Part shown: piece by piece, positions 45,864 through 56,351 of the stretch
How the letters are laid out: each line of letters opens with the position of its first letter
Position numbering within the stretch: the first letter of the stretch is position 1
Source of the DNA: Porphyrobacter sp.
Lineage (GTDB): Bacteria; Pseudomonadota; Alphaproteobacteria; Sphingomonadales; Sphingomonadaceae
Assembly: GCA_027531395.1 (NCBI GenBank)
Contig: JAPZRO010000001.1
Span: 544,377 to 608,376, forward strand
Direction of reading: 5' to 3'
Length of the DNA stretch: 64,000 bases
Position numbers and translations under genes: made by a program
Notes under the pieces: model-generated
What the model was told of the DNA's origin: nothing
Databases searched by the model: none
What the model saw: only the letters and a program-made list of their open reading frames with translations

Positions 45864-46802
45864 ATGGCCACGCTCGCAGATCCCCATCCCGATTTCGCCA
45901 CCTTGCCAGACATGGCAGCGGATGTCTTTACCGCGCCGCTCGCACGCCCGGCGCACGTGGGCGAGGACTGGCTGGAGCCGAAGCAGACGGACTATTCGGC
46001 AGAGGATCACGCCGTCTGGAACGATCTCTTCGCCCGCCAGATGGAGGTGCTGCCGGGCCGGGCTTGCTCTGCCTTCATGGCGGGGCTGGACAAGCTCGAT
46101 CTGGGGCGCGGGGGCATCCCCGAATTCGGCCAGTTGTCCGAGGAACTCGGCGCGCTCACCGGCTGGAGCGTCGTGCCGGTACCGATGCTGATCCCCGATC
46201 ACGTGTTCTTCTGGCACTTGGCCAACCGCCGCTTTCCGGCCGGCAACTTCATCCGCACGCGCGAGACCTTCGACTACATCGAGGAGCCCGATGTCTTCCA
46301 CGACGTCTTCGGCCATGTCCCGATGCTGACCGATCCGGTCTATGCCGACTACATGCAGGAATATGGCCGCGCCGGTTGGAAGGCGATGCGCTACAACCGG
46401 CTCAAGGCGCTGGGGGCACTCTACTGGTACACGGTGGAGTTCGGGCTGATCGAGGAAGCCGGCTCTGTGCGCGCCTATGGTGCGGGGATCCTGTCAGGCC
46501 CGACCGAGGCGAAGTTCGCGGTGGAAGCCGAGAGCCCCAACCGCATCATGCTCAATGTCGACCGCGTGATGCGCACCGATTACGTGATCAGCGATCTGCA
46601 GCCGACCTATTTCGTGATCGAGAGCTTCGCCGATCTTTACCGCCAGACGGTGGAGCGCGATTTCGACCGGCTCTACCGCAGCCTCGCGCCGGGCTTCACC
46701 TATGCCAATTCGGCGGTGATCGATGTCGATAACGTGCTGCACCGGGGGACGCAGGAGTATCACCTGCGCGGCGGTCGCGGCAGCGGAGCGGTTCCGGTCT
46801 AG
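45864..46802 (+). CDS. phhA: phenylalanine 4-monooxygenase
   Basis: EEPDVFHDVFGHVPML iron ligands, YWYTVEFGL and AYGAGILS. Confidence 0.92.
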   Translation: MATLADPHPDFATLPDMAADVFTAPLARPAHVGEDWLEPKQTDYSAEDHAVWNDLFARQMEVLPGRACSAFMAGLDKLDLGRGGIPEFGQLSEELGALTGWSVVPVPMLIPDHVFFWHLANRRFPAGNFIRTRETFDYIEEPDVFHDVFGHVPMLTDPVYADYMQEYGRAGWKAMRYNRLKALGALYWYTVEFGLIEEAGSVRAYGAGILSGPTEAKFAVEAESPNRIMLNVDRVMRTDYVISDLQPTYFVIESFADLYRQTVERDFDRLYRSLAPGFTYANSAVIDVDNVLHRGTQEYHLRGGRGSGAVPV

Positions 46803-46914
46803 ATCATCGATGCCGCAGGCTTCGCAAGGCCGACTGGCCGCCCGAGCTTATGCGAGGAAAGCCAAGGCGGACGGATGTCCGCCGCCCGGCGCCTGAGGGC
46901 GCAGCAAGCCAGAT

Positions 46915-47172
46915 TCACGCCTTGATGCGCCGCCGCACGATGGCGTGGTAGAGCACCAGCGCGACAAGGCAGGATGCCAGCGCGACGCCAAGGCCGAGGA
47001 ACGACAGGCTGCCGATCATGGTCCCGCCATTGGCGAGCTCTCCGGCCACCACCGACACGGCAAGGCCCAGCGCAATCTGGCGCAGGATAGCGCCCGGCGC
47101 CTCGGTCCGCGCGAGGATCGAGGCCAGCCAGCCCAGAGTAGCCCCCAACACGATCAGCACCAGCAACGCCAT
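46915..47172 (-). CDS. GlsB/YeaQ/YmgE-family stress membrane protein
   Basis: 85 aa. MALLVLIVLGATLGWLASIL..., three TM helices with G-rich packing. The track start 47232 adds a non-hydrophobic leader. Confidence 0.8.
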   Translation of the reverse strand: MALLVLIVLGATLGWLASILARTEAPGAILRQIALGLAVSVVAGELANGGTMIGSLSFLGLGVALASCLVALVLYHAIVRRRIKA

Positions 47173-47231
47173 TTTGTCCGTAGTCTCCGTGAAGCACCGG
47201 CACCCTTCGTCTCGGGCCGGTCCGAGTCTCA

Positions 47232-47256
47232 AACCAGCATCGCGCCGAGTTGTTCC
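47232..47256 (-). promoter_or_regulatory. EcfG-type promoter upstream of the glsB/yeaQ-like gene
   Basis: On the minus strand: GGAAC (47256-47252), then N16, then GGTT (47235-47232), about 60 nt upstream of ATG 47172. The consensus is GGAAC-N16-CGTT, and this gene family is a frequent general-stress regulon member. Confidence 0.45.
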
Positions 47257-47267
47257 GAAAAGGCGCT

Positions 47268-48071
47268 CTATCGCAGGGTGAGCCAGACGAGGCCGCCGGC
47301 ACCGATCACGATGCGATACCAGGCGAAGGGGGCAAAGCCGATCTTCGTAACCACCGCAACGAACAGCTTGACCACCACCAGCGCGGTCACGAAGCCTACG
47401 GCCGAGCCGATCGCGATCAGCTCCAGATCATGCGCGGTCAGAACGGTGGCGTGCTTCGCCATTTGGTAGACCGTCGCTCCGGTCAGGGTCGGGACGGCCA
47501 GGAAGAAACTGAACTCGGCCGCCGTCTTGCGGTCGACGCCGAAGGCCATCGCGCCGAGGATGGTCGCGCCCGAGCGGCTCACCCCGGGGATCATCGCCAG
47601 GCACTGGACGAGACCGATCAGCACCGCAGTGCGCAGCGGCACGCCGGCAACGCCCGGGCCTTCGGCAGGCGGATTGGCCCAGCGTTCGATCGCGAGGATC
47701 GCCACCCCGCCGACAATCAGCGACCAGCACACCAGCACCGCATTGCCAAGCAGCGCCTGAATGACGTCGCCAAAGGCAAGGCCGAGCAGCACCGCCGGGA
47801 AGAAGGCGACCAGCAGGTTGCGAACGAAGGCGAGCGCGCCCTTGTCGAACCCCAGCAGGCCTTTCGCCACATCCCAGAAGGTGCGCCAGTAAAGCACCAC
47901 GATGGCGAGGATCGCCGCCGGCTGGATGGCGATGTTGAAGACCTCCCAGTCGTCCTGGTTGAAGCCGAGCAATTCGGTGGCGAGGATCAGGTGCCCGGTC
48001 GAGGACACGGGCAGAAACTCGGTCAGTCCTTCGAGGATGCCGAGCAGGATGGCAGCAAGCGTGTCATTCAT
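47268..48071 (-). CDS. uppP: undecaprenyl-diphosphate phosphatase
   Basis: 267 aa. EFLPVSSTGHL and PGVSRSGATI motifs. Confidence 0.93.
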   Translation of the reverse strand: MNDTLAAILLGILEGLTEFLPVSSTGHLILATELLGFNQDDWEVFNIAIQPAAILAIVVLYWRTFWDVAKGLLGFDKGALAFVRNLLVAFFPAVLLGLAFGDVIQALLGNAVLVCWSLIVGGVAILAIERWANPPAEGPGVAGVPLRTAVLIGLVQCLAMIPGVSRSGATILGAMAFGVDRKTAAEFSFFLAVPTLTGATVYQMAKHATVLTAHDLELIAIGSAVGFVTALVVVKLFVAVVTKIGFAPFAWYRIVIGAGGLVWLTLR

Positions 48072-48117
48072 GGGCGCACCGCTTCGACGAGTGCCGGCGA
48101 AGTGTCAAACCAAACGT

Positions 48118-50391
48118 TTACTCCCCCGCCCCGGGCATGAACCCGGGGCCAGCGTTACAGCGATAGCACAGGCAAAAAAACAAGCGGGGTCCCGGGTCAA
48201 GCCCGGGACGGGGGAGGCTGGACTTACCAGATGCGCACGCGCTTTCCGGCGGCAGGTACATCGCGTCGCCCGGCTTCACGCCGAAAGCCTCGTACCATTC
48301 GTCGAGCTGCCGCACGACGCCGTTGACGCGGTATTCCTCGGGGCTGTGGCTGTCGGTGCGCAGGCGATTGCGATAGTTCTCCTCGCGCTGGGTCGAACGC
48401 CACACCTGTGCCCAGGCGAGGAAGAAGCGTTGGTCGCCGGTCAGTCCGTCGATCACCGGGACCTCCTTGCCCTTGGTGGCGAGCTTGTAGGCGCGGTAGG
48501 CCATGCTGAGGCCGCCGACATCGCCGATGTTCTCGCCGAGGGTGAGGCGGCCGTTGACGCAGGTCTTGCCCTCGTCGAGCGGGCAGAAGGCGTTGTACTG
48601 CGCCACCAGCGCATCGCCGAGCGCATCGAAGGCGGCACGGTCGGCGTCGGTCCACCAGTTGCGCAGCGCCCCGCTGGCGTCGGACTTCGAGCCCTGATCG
48701 TCGAAGCCGTGGCCGATCTCGTGCCCGATCACCCCGCCGATCGCGCCGTAGTTGACCGCGATGTCGTTGGTCAGCGCAAAGAACGGCTGCTGGAGAATCC
48801 CCGCCGGGAAGACGATCTCGTTCTTCACCGAGTTGTAATAGGCGTTCACCGTCTGCGGCAGCATGCCCCATTCGGTGCGGTCGATCGGCTGTCCGAGCTT
48901 GGCGACATTGTCGGCCTGCTCCCACTTGGCCGAGGCCATGCGGTTGGCGATCGGATTGCCCGGCGTGATCGCGAGCCCCTCATAGGTCTCGAGGTTGGGG
49001 CGGTAGCCGATCTTGGGATCGAAGCTGGCCAGCTTGGCGCGGGCCTGGGCCTTGGTTTCCTCGCCCATCCACTTGATCTCGGTGATCGATTCGGCGAGCG
49101 CGAGCCGCAGGTTGGCGACCAGCTCGTCCATCGCCGCCTTGTTCTCGGGCGGGAAGTAGCGCGCGACATATTCCTTGCCGACCAGCTCGCCCAGCAGCCC
49201 CTCGGTCTCGCCGATCGCGCGCTTCCAGCGCGGGCGCTGTTCGGGGGTGCCGCGCAGGATCTTGCCGTAGAAGGCAAAATTCGCCTCGTCGAAGCGCTTG
49301 GGCAGCACCGCCGCATTGCCCGACAGGAACTCCTTCACCATCCACGCCTTGAGCGTTTCGACCGAAGTGTCGCCGAGCAGCGCGAACATGCCCGGCAGGC
49401 CGGTGCCGATCTTGGCGCGGGTCGCCTCGTCGAGCTTGTACTGGGCGATTTCCTCCGCCGTGGGCGGCATCAGCGCGACCACGAAGCCGGGGCTGTTCGC
49501 AATCCCGATCTGCTCAAGCATCGCGGCCACGGGCACCTTGCCGCCGATCGCGGCAAGCTCGTCGGCGGTGAGCAGGTTGTAGGTCAGGTCGCGGTTGCGG
49601 CGCACGGCGCGGTCCCATGCCACGGTGCGGGCGATCTGCTCCTCGAAGGCATAGACCTCGGCGGCCTGCATCTCGGGATCCTCGTAGCCGGCCTCGCTCA
49701 GCAGGAAGACGAGATAGGACTTGTAGGCGTCCTGGATCGCCGCGCCCTTTTCGGAGGTGTCGAGGTAGTAATCGCGGTCGGGCATCCCGAGACCGCCGAA
49801 GCCGACTTGGGCGATGTGGCGGTCGGGCTGCTTGGCATCGACGCCCACACCGCCGCCGACCGGGCTGGCGAAGCCGGGCTCGGCCCACAGCTTGGCAAGA
49901 TCATCAAGGGTCTTGGCGGCCTTGATCCGGTCGAGCCACGGCTGGGCCGGCGCGAGCCCCGCAGCCTCGATCGCGTCGGTATCGAGGTAAGTGCGATAGG
50001 CATCCAGAATGCGCCGCTCGTCGCCCGAGAGGGTGGCCGGATCCTTGGCCGCGAGCTCGTCCATGATCGCCTTGACGTCATAGGTGCTCTTCTCGCCGAG
50101 CAGGGTGAAGGCGCCGATCCGGCTGAATTCGGGCGGCAACGGGTTGGCGTCGATCCAGCGCTTGTTGGCATAGGCGTTGAAGTCGTCGCCCGGCTTGATG
50201 TCAGTGGCGAGCAGCGCTGGATCGAAGCCCCAGGTGCCGAAGCTCATGGTCGGCAGCGCGGCGGCAGGCTCGCCCTCGGCCAGCAGCACTTCGGTGCCGT
50301 CCTCATGCGCGTGGGCATCGTCATTGGCGAAAGCCGGCGCGGTGAGCGCAAGCAGGCTGGCACCGAGCAGGGCTGCGGTTCTGATGATCAT
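48118..50391 (-). CDS. M13-family zinc metallopeptidase (PepO/neprilysin-like), secreted; probable frameshift near the 3' end
   Basis: 757-aa track ORF. Signal peptide, VIGHEIGHGFDD (HExxH) and GENIGDVGG. After ...GDAMYLPPES the frame runs into the repeat element, while the -1 frame gives KRVRIW-TAA at 48224. Confidence 0.88.
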   Translation of the reverse strand: MIIRTAALLGASLLALTAPAFANDDAHAHEDGTEVLLAEGEPAAALPTMSFGTWGFDPALLATDIKPGDDFNAYANKRWIDANPLPPEFSRIGAFTLLGEKSTYDVKAIMDELAAKDPATLSGDERRILDAYRTYLDTDAIEAAGLAPAQPWLDRIKAAKTLDDLAKLWAEPGFASPVGGGVGVDAKQPDRHIAQVGFGGLGMPDRDYYLDTSEKGAAIQDAYKSYLVFLLSEAGYEDPEMQAAEVYAFEEQIARTVAWDRAVRRNRDLTYNLLTADELAAIGGKVPVAAMLEQIGIANSPGFVVALMPPTAEEIAQYKLDEATRAKIGTGLPGMFALLGDTSVETLKAWMVKEFLSGNAAVLPKRFDEANFAFYGKILRGTPEQRPRWKRAIGETEGLLGELVGKEYVARYFPPENKAAMDELVANLRLALAESITEIKWMGEETKAQARAKLASFDPKIGYRPNLETYEGLAITPGNPIANRMASAKWEQADNVAKLGQPIDRTEWGMLPQTVNAYYNSVKNEIVFPAGILQQPFFALTNDIAVNYGAIGGVIGHEIGHGFDDQGSKSDASGALRNWWTDADRAAFDALGDALVAQYNAFCPLDEGKTCVNGRLTLGENIGDVGGLSMAYRAYKLATKGKEVPVIDGLTGDQRFFLAWAQVWRSTQREENYRNRLRTDSHSPEEYRVNGVVRQLDEWYEAFGVKPGDAMYLPPESACASGKSSLPRPGLDPGPRLFFCLCYRCNAGPGFMPGAGE
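48121..48216. repeat. MITE/REP-like palindromic element, copy B
   Basis: CTCCCCCGCCCCGGGCATGAACCCGGGGCC...(about 27 nt)...GCGGGGTCCCGGGTCAAGCCCGGGACGGGGGAG. The ~30-nt terminal inverted repeats have 4 mismatches. It ends 7 nt from the TAA (48226-48224) that closes the conserved M13 C-terminus. Confidence 0.7.
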
Positions 50392-50510
50392 GTCTGGTGT
50401 CCCCGAAAAGCTGTCGCAGATGATCTGCGCTTTGCCACCCTAACGTCGCACGCGGCAAAGGGTTGCGGTTCGTCCGCCGCGCGCGGTCATTTGTCGAAAA
50501 ACGAGGAGGG

Positions 50511-52385
<1,875 letters not shown>

Positions 52386-52469
52386 CGTGCCGCCGCTCTA
52401 GCCGCGGCCTGCGCGAATTTCACGTGCAAAAAGCAACAGACAACCACCGCGGCGCCGCCGCACGCAATA

Positions 52470-52484
52470 TTGTGCATTGCACAA
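52470..52484. promoter_or_regulatory. 7-1-7 palindrome TTGTGCA-T-TGCACAA upstream of phaZ (possible PhaR-type operator)
   Basis: Perfect palindrome containing TGC-N3-GCA, 81-95 nt upstream of ATG 52565, in the divergent ABC/phaZ intergenic region. Confidence 0.3.
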
Positions 52485-52564
52485 ACCATCTTGAAGGCGC
52501 ATCTGTGGGGACAAGGTGCCCGCGGGATGAGGCGCCGGACATGTTCGTCGCTCAGGGGCCACCC

Positions 52565-53803
52565 ATGCTTTACCATGCCTATGAACTCCAGCGCAGCTGG
52601 ATGAACAGCGCCAGCGCGCTCGCTTCGATCAGCGCCAATGTGCTGTCGAACCCCGCCAACCCGCTCGCGGCCTTCGGCATGGGTCCGCTCGCCGCCAGCG
52701 CGCTAGACGTCTTCGCCCATGCGACCGCGCATTACGGCAAGCCCGCCTTCGGGATCGAGAGCGTCGCGATCGACGGCGCGCCTCACACCGTGATCGAAAG
52801 CGTGGTGATGAAGCGCCCGTTCGGCAATCTCCTGCGCTTCCGCGTCGAAGGCACCCCCGCCGACCGCCCGCGTCTGCTGATCGTCGCCCCGATGAGCGGT
52901 CACTACGCCACGCTGCTGCGCGGCACGGTGGAACGGATGCTCGAATCCGCCGAGGTGTTCATCACCGACTGGGCCGACGCCAAGATGGTCCCCGCCGACG
53001 CAGGCAAGTTCGATCTCGACGACTATATCGACTACCTGATGGACTTCGCCGAGCACGTGCACGGTGAAGCCGGCGGACAGCGCATCCACATGATGGCGGT
53101 GTGCCAGCCGAGCGTCCCGGCCTTTGCCGCGACCGCGCTGCTCAACCTCCACAAGTCGCCCGCCACGCCTGCCACCCTCACCATGATGGGCGGCCCGATC
53201 GACACCCGCGAATGCCCCACGGTCGTCAACAACATGGCGATGCAGCGCCCGATCGAATGGTTCCGCCAGAGCGTGATCGCTACCGTGCCGGGCAAGTATC
53301 CGGGCGCCGGGCGGCGGGTCTATCCGGGCTTCATGCAGCTCTCGGCGTTCATGAGCATGAACCTCTCGAGCCACATGATGAGCCATTACGAGATGTTCAA
53401 ACACCTCACCGTCGGCGACGAGGCGAGCGCGCAGGCGACCAAGACCTTCTACGATGAATACCGCGCGGTGTGCGACATGACGGCGGAGTTCTACCTCCAG
53501 ACCGTGGAAGAGGTATTCCAGAAGCACTCGATCCCCAAGGGCGAGTTCCGCCACAAGGGCGAGATCGTCGATCTCACTGCGATCACCGGCACCGCGCTGC
53601 TGGCGATCGAGGGCGAGCGCGACGACATTTCCGGCCTCGGCCAGACCCGCGCAGCCTTGAAGCTGACCCCGAATCTCCCCGAGACGATGAAGCGCTACTA
53701 CATGGCCGAAGGCGCGGGGCACTACGGCATCTTCAACGGCAGCCGCTGGCGCACCAAGGTCGCGCCGGTGGTCGAGGAATGGATCGCGGCGCACGCGGGG
53801 TAA
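52565..53803 (+). CDS. phaZ: intracellular polyhydroxyalkanoate depolymerase
   Basis: 412 aa. MLYHAYELQRSWM N-terminus, LIVAPMSGHYATLLR, VCQPSVP, and GERDDISG...GHYGIFNG. Confidence 0.9.
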   Translation: MLYHAYELQRSWMNSASALASISANVLSNPANPLAAFGMGPLAASALDVFAHATAHYGKPAFGIESVAIDGAPHTVIESVVMKRPFGNLLRFRVEGTPADRPRLLIVAPMSGHYATLLRGTVERMLESAEVFITDWADAKMVPADAGKFDLDDYIDYLMDFAEHVHGEAGGQRIHMMAVCQPSVPAFAATALLNLHKSPATPATLTMMGGPIDTRECPTVVNNMAMQRPIEWFRQSVIATVPGKYPGAGRRVYPGFMQLSAFMSMNLSSHMMSHYEMFKHLTVGDEASAQATKTFYDEYRAVCDMTAEFYLQTVEEVFQKHSIPKGEFRHKGEIVDLTAITGTALLAIEGERDDISGLGQTRAALKLTPNLPETMKRYYMAEGAGHYGIFNGSRWRTKVAPVVEEWIAAHAG

Positions 53804-53969
53804 GACTTGCCGCTACGGCGCGCTTGATCTGACGTAACGGCACCCCGCCGCGCGCGTACACGCGCTGCAAATTTCGCAAGCGCACGGGCGCAGATTGCCC
53901 CTTGCCGCTTGGGCTTTTCTCATGACAAGAGGCTCGCCAAGAGACGAGCCACGTGAGGAGAGCACAGCC

Positions 53970-55166
53970 ATGAACCTCGAATTCAGCCCCGAAGAGCAGG
54001 CGTTCCGCGACGAGGTCCGCGCCTTCATCGCCGAGAACCACCCCAAGGAGTTGGGCGACTTCGGGATGCGCGAGGACATGACCCGCGAGGAAATGGTCGC
54101 GTGGCACAAGATCCTTGGCCGCAAGGGCTGGTCGGTTCCCGCATGGCCCGTGGAATATGGCGGCACCGGCTGGACCCCGACCCAGCGCTACATCTGGTCG
54201 GAAGAGAACGCCCGCGCCAACACCTTCATGCCGCTGCCCTTCGGCGTCTCGATGGTCGGCCCGGTGATCTACACCTTCGGTTCGGAAGAGCAGAAGGCCA
54301 AGCACCTGCCCGGCATCCGCAGCGGCGAGGTGTGGTGGTGCCAGGGCTATTCGGAGCCCGGCGCGGGTTCGGACCTTGCCAGCCTCAAGACCACCGCGGT
54401 GCGTGACGGCGATCACTACGTCATCAACGGCCAGAAGACCTGGACGACCCTCGCCCAGCACGCCGACTGGGGCTTCTTCCTGTGCCGCACCGATCCCACT
54501 GCCAAGCAGCAGGAAGGCATCAGCTTCATCCTCGTCGACATGAAGACGCCGGGCGTGGAAGTGAAGCCGATCAAGCTGCTCGACGGCGGCTACGAGGTCA
54601 ACGAGACCTGGCTGACCGACGTGCGCGTGCCGGTCGAGAACCTCGTCGGGGTCGAGAACAAGGGCTGGACCTATGCCAAGTTCCTGCTCGCCCACGAACG
54701 TTCGGGCATCGCAGGTGTCGCGCGCTCGAAGCGCGGCATTGAAAAGCTGCGCGCGATCGCCGCCAACGAGACCGCCTATGGCGAGCCGCTGATCAAGGAC
54801 TTCGACTTCGCCCGCAAGGTGAGCCAGCTCGAGATCGATCTCGCCGCGCTCGAAATCACCGAGCTGCGCACGCTGGCCGGCGAGCAGGCGGGCAAGGGCC
54901 CGGGGCCGGAAAGCTCGATCCTCAAGATCAAGGGCACCGAAATCCAGCAGCGCCTGACCGAGCTGACGCTCGAAGCGGTCGGCAATTACGGCGCGCCCTA
55001 CATGGGCGGCGTGTCGAACGACAACGGCTCGAACGAGCACCCCGTCGGCCCCGACTACGCGACCCACGCCGCGGCGACCTATTTCAACATGCGCAAGACC
55101 TCGATCTATGGCGGATCGAACGAAATCCAGCGCAACATCATCACCAAGATGATCCTCGGCCTTTAA
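53970..55166 (+). CDS. acyl-CoA dehydrogenase (large partner of an adjacent pair)
   Basis: 398 aa. WCQGYSEPGAGSDLA, INGQKTWTT and IYGGSNEIQRNII. GAGGAG RBS. Start trimmed from 53895. Confidence 0.9.
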   Translation: MNLEFSPEEQAFRDEVRAFIAENHPKELGDFGMREDMTREEMVAWHKILGRKGWSVPAWPVEYGGTGWTPTQRYIWSEENARANTFMPLPFGVSMVGPVIYTFGSEEQKAKHLPGIRSGEVWWCQGYSEPGAGSDLASLKTTAVRDGDHYVINGQKTWTTLAQHADWGFFLCRTDPTAKQQEGISFILVDMKTPGVEVKPIKLLDGGYEVNETWLTDVRVPVENLVGVENKGWTYAKFLLAHERSGIAGVARSKRGIEKLRAIAANETAYGEPLIKDFDFARKVSQLEIDLAALEITELRTLAGEQAGKGPGPESSILKIKGTEIQQRLTELTLEAVGNYGAPYMGGVSNDNGSNEHPVGPDYATHAAATYFNMRKTSIYGGSNEIQRNIITKMILGL

Positions 55167-55189
55167 GCCGCCGGGACGGGAGAGAACAC

Positions 55190-56320
55190 GTGGACTTCAA
55201 CTTCACCGAAGAACAGGACATGGTGCGCGACGGCCTCTCGCGGCTGGTGCGCGAGCAGTACGACTGGGAAACCCGGCGCAAGGCGATTGCCAGCGCGGCC
55301 GGCTGGCGGCCGGAAATCTGGGCGCAGCTGGCCGAGCTCGGCATCCTCGGCATGCCCTTCAGCGAAGCCGACGGCGGCTTCGGCGGCGGCGCGGTCGATG
55401 CGATGGTGATCATGGAGGAGTTCGGCAAGGGCCTGGTGGTCGAACCCTTCGTCCCCACCGTGGTCTGCGCCGGCGGCTTCCTCAAGCACGGCGGCACCGC
55501 GGCGCAGAAGGAAGAGCATATCGGCGCGATCGTCTCGGGCAGCGCGATCTTCGCCTTCGCCTATGCCGAGCCCAAGGGCCGGTTCGACTATGCCGACCTC
55601 GAGACCACCGCGAAGAAGGACGGTTCGGGCTATGTCATCAACGGCCACAAGGCCGTCGTGATCGGCGCGCCCTGGGCGAGCCACCTGATCGTCACCGCCC
55701 GCACCGGCGGCGAGCGGCGCGACCGCAGCGGCGTCTCGGTGTTCGTGCTCGCCAAGGACACCCCCGGCGTCACCACCCGCGATTACGTGACGGTCGACGG
55801 CCGCCGCGCCTCGGAAGTCTATTTCGAGAACGTTTCGGTGGGCGCTGACGCGCTGATCGGCGTCGAGGGCGAGGGCCTTGCGCTGATCGAGCTGGTCACC
55901 GACGAGGCCATCGCCGCGACCTGCGCCGAGGCCTGCGGGGCGATGAAGGTCGCCCATGCAATGACGGTGGACTACAGCCGCCAGCGCAAGCAGTTCGGCG
56001 TGCCCATCGGCAGCTTCCAGGTGATCCAGCACCGTATGGTCGACATGTACACCGCCTACGAAACCGCGGTCTCCCTGACCTACCTCGCCACCCTGCGCCT
56101 CGGCTCGGACGAGCGCGAGCGCAAGCGCGCGGTCTCGGCGGCGAAGGTCGGGGTCGGCCAGTCGGCCCGCCTGATCGGGCAGGAAGCGGTGCAGATCCAC
56201 GGCGGCAACGGCGTGACCGACGAATATGCGATCGGCCACTACTTCAAGCGCCTGACGATCTTCGATTCCGAGTTCGGCAACGTCGATCATCACATGAAGC
56301 GCCACGTCGCGCTGGCGTGA
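55190..56320 (+). CDS. acyl-CoA dehydrogenase (small partner)
   Basis: 376 aa. GTG start after GGGAGAG. ACAD fold (INGHKAVVIGA, QIHGGNGVTDEY). Lies 23 nt downstream of the previous ACAD. Confidence 0.88.
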   Translation: MDFNFTEEQDMVRDGLSRLVREQYDWETRRKAIASAAGWRPEIWAQLAELGILGMPFSEADGGFGGGAVDAMVIMEEFGKGLVVEPFVPTVVCAGGFLKHGGTAAQKEEHIGAIVSGSAIFAFAYAEPKGRFDYADLETTAKKDGSGYVINGHKAVVIGAPWASHLIVTARTGGERRDRSGVSVFVLAKDTPGVTTRDYVTVDGRRASEVYFENVSVGADALIGVEGEGLALIELVTDEAIAATCAEACGAMKVAHAMTVDYSRQRKQFGVPIGSFQVIQHRMVDMYTAYETAVSLTYLATLRLGSDERERKRAVSAAKVGVGQSARLIGQEAVQIHGGNGVTDEYAIGHYFKRLTIFDSEFGNVDHHMKRHVALA

Positions 56321-56351
56321 TCCGGGCGATGCGCTGAAGGGGGAGAATGGC

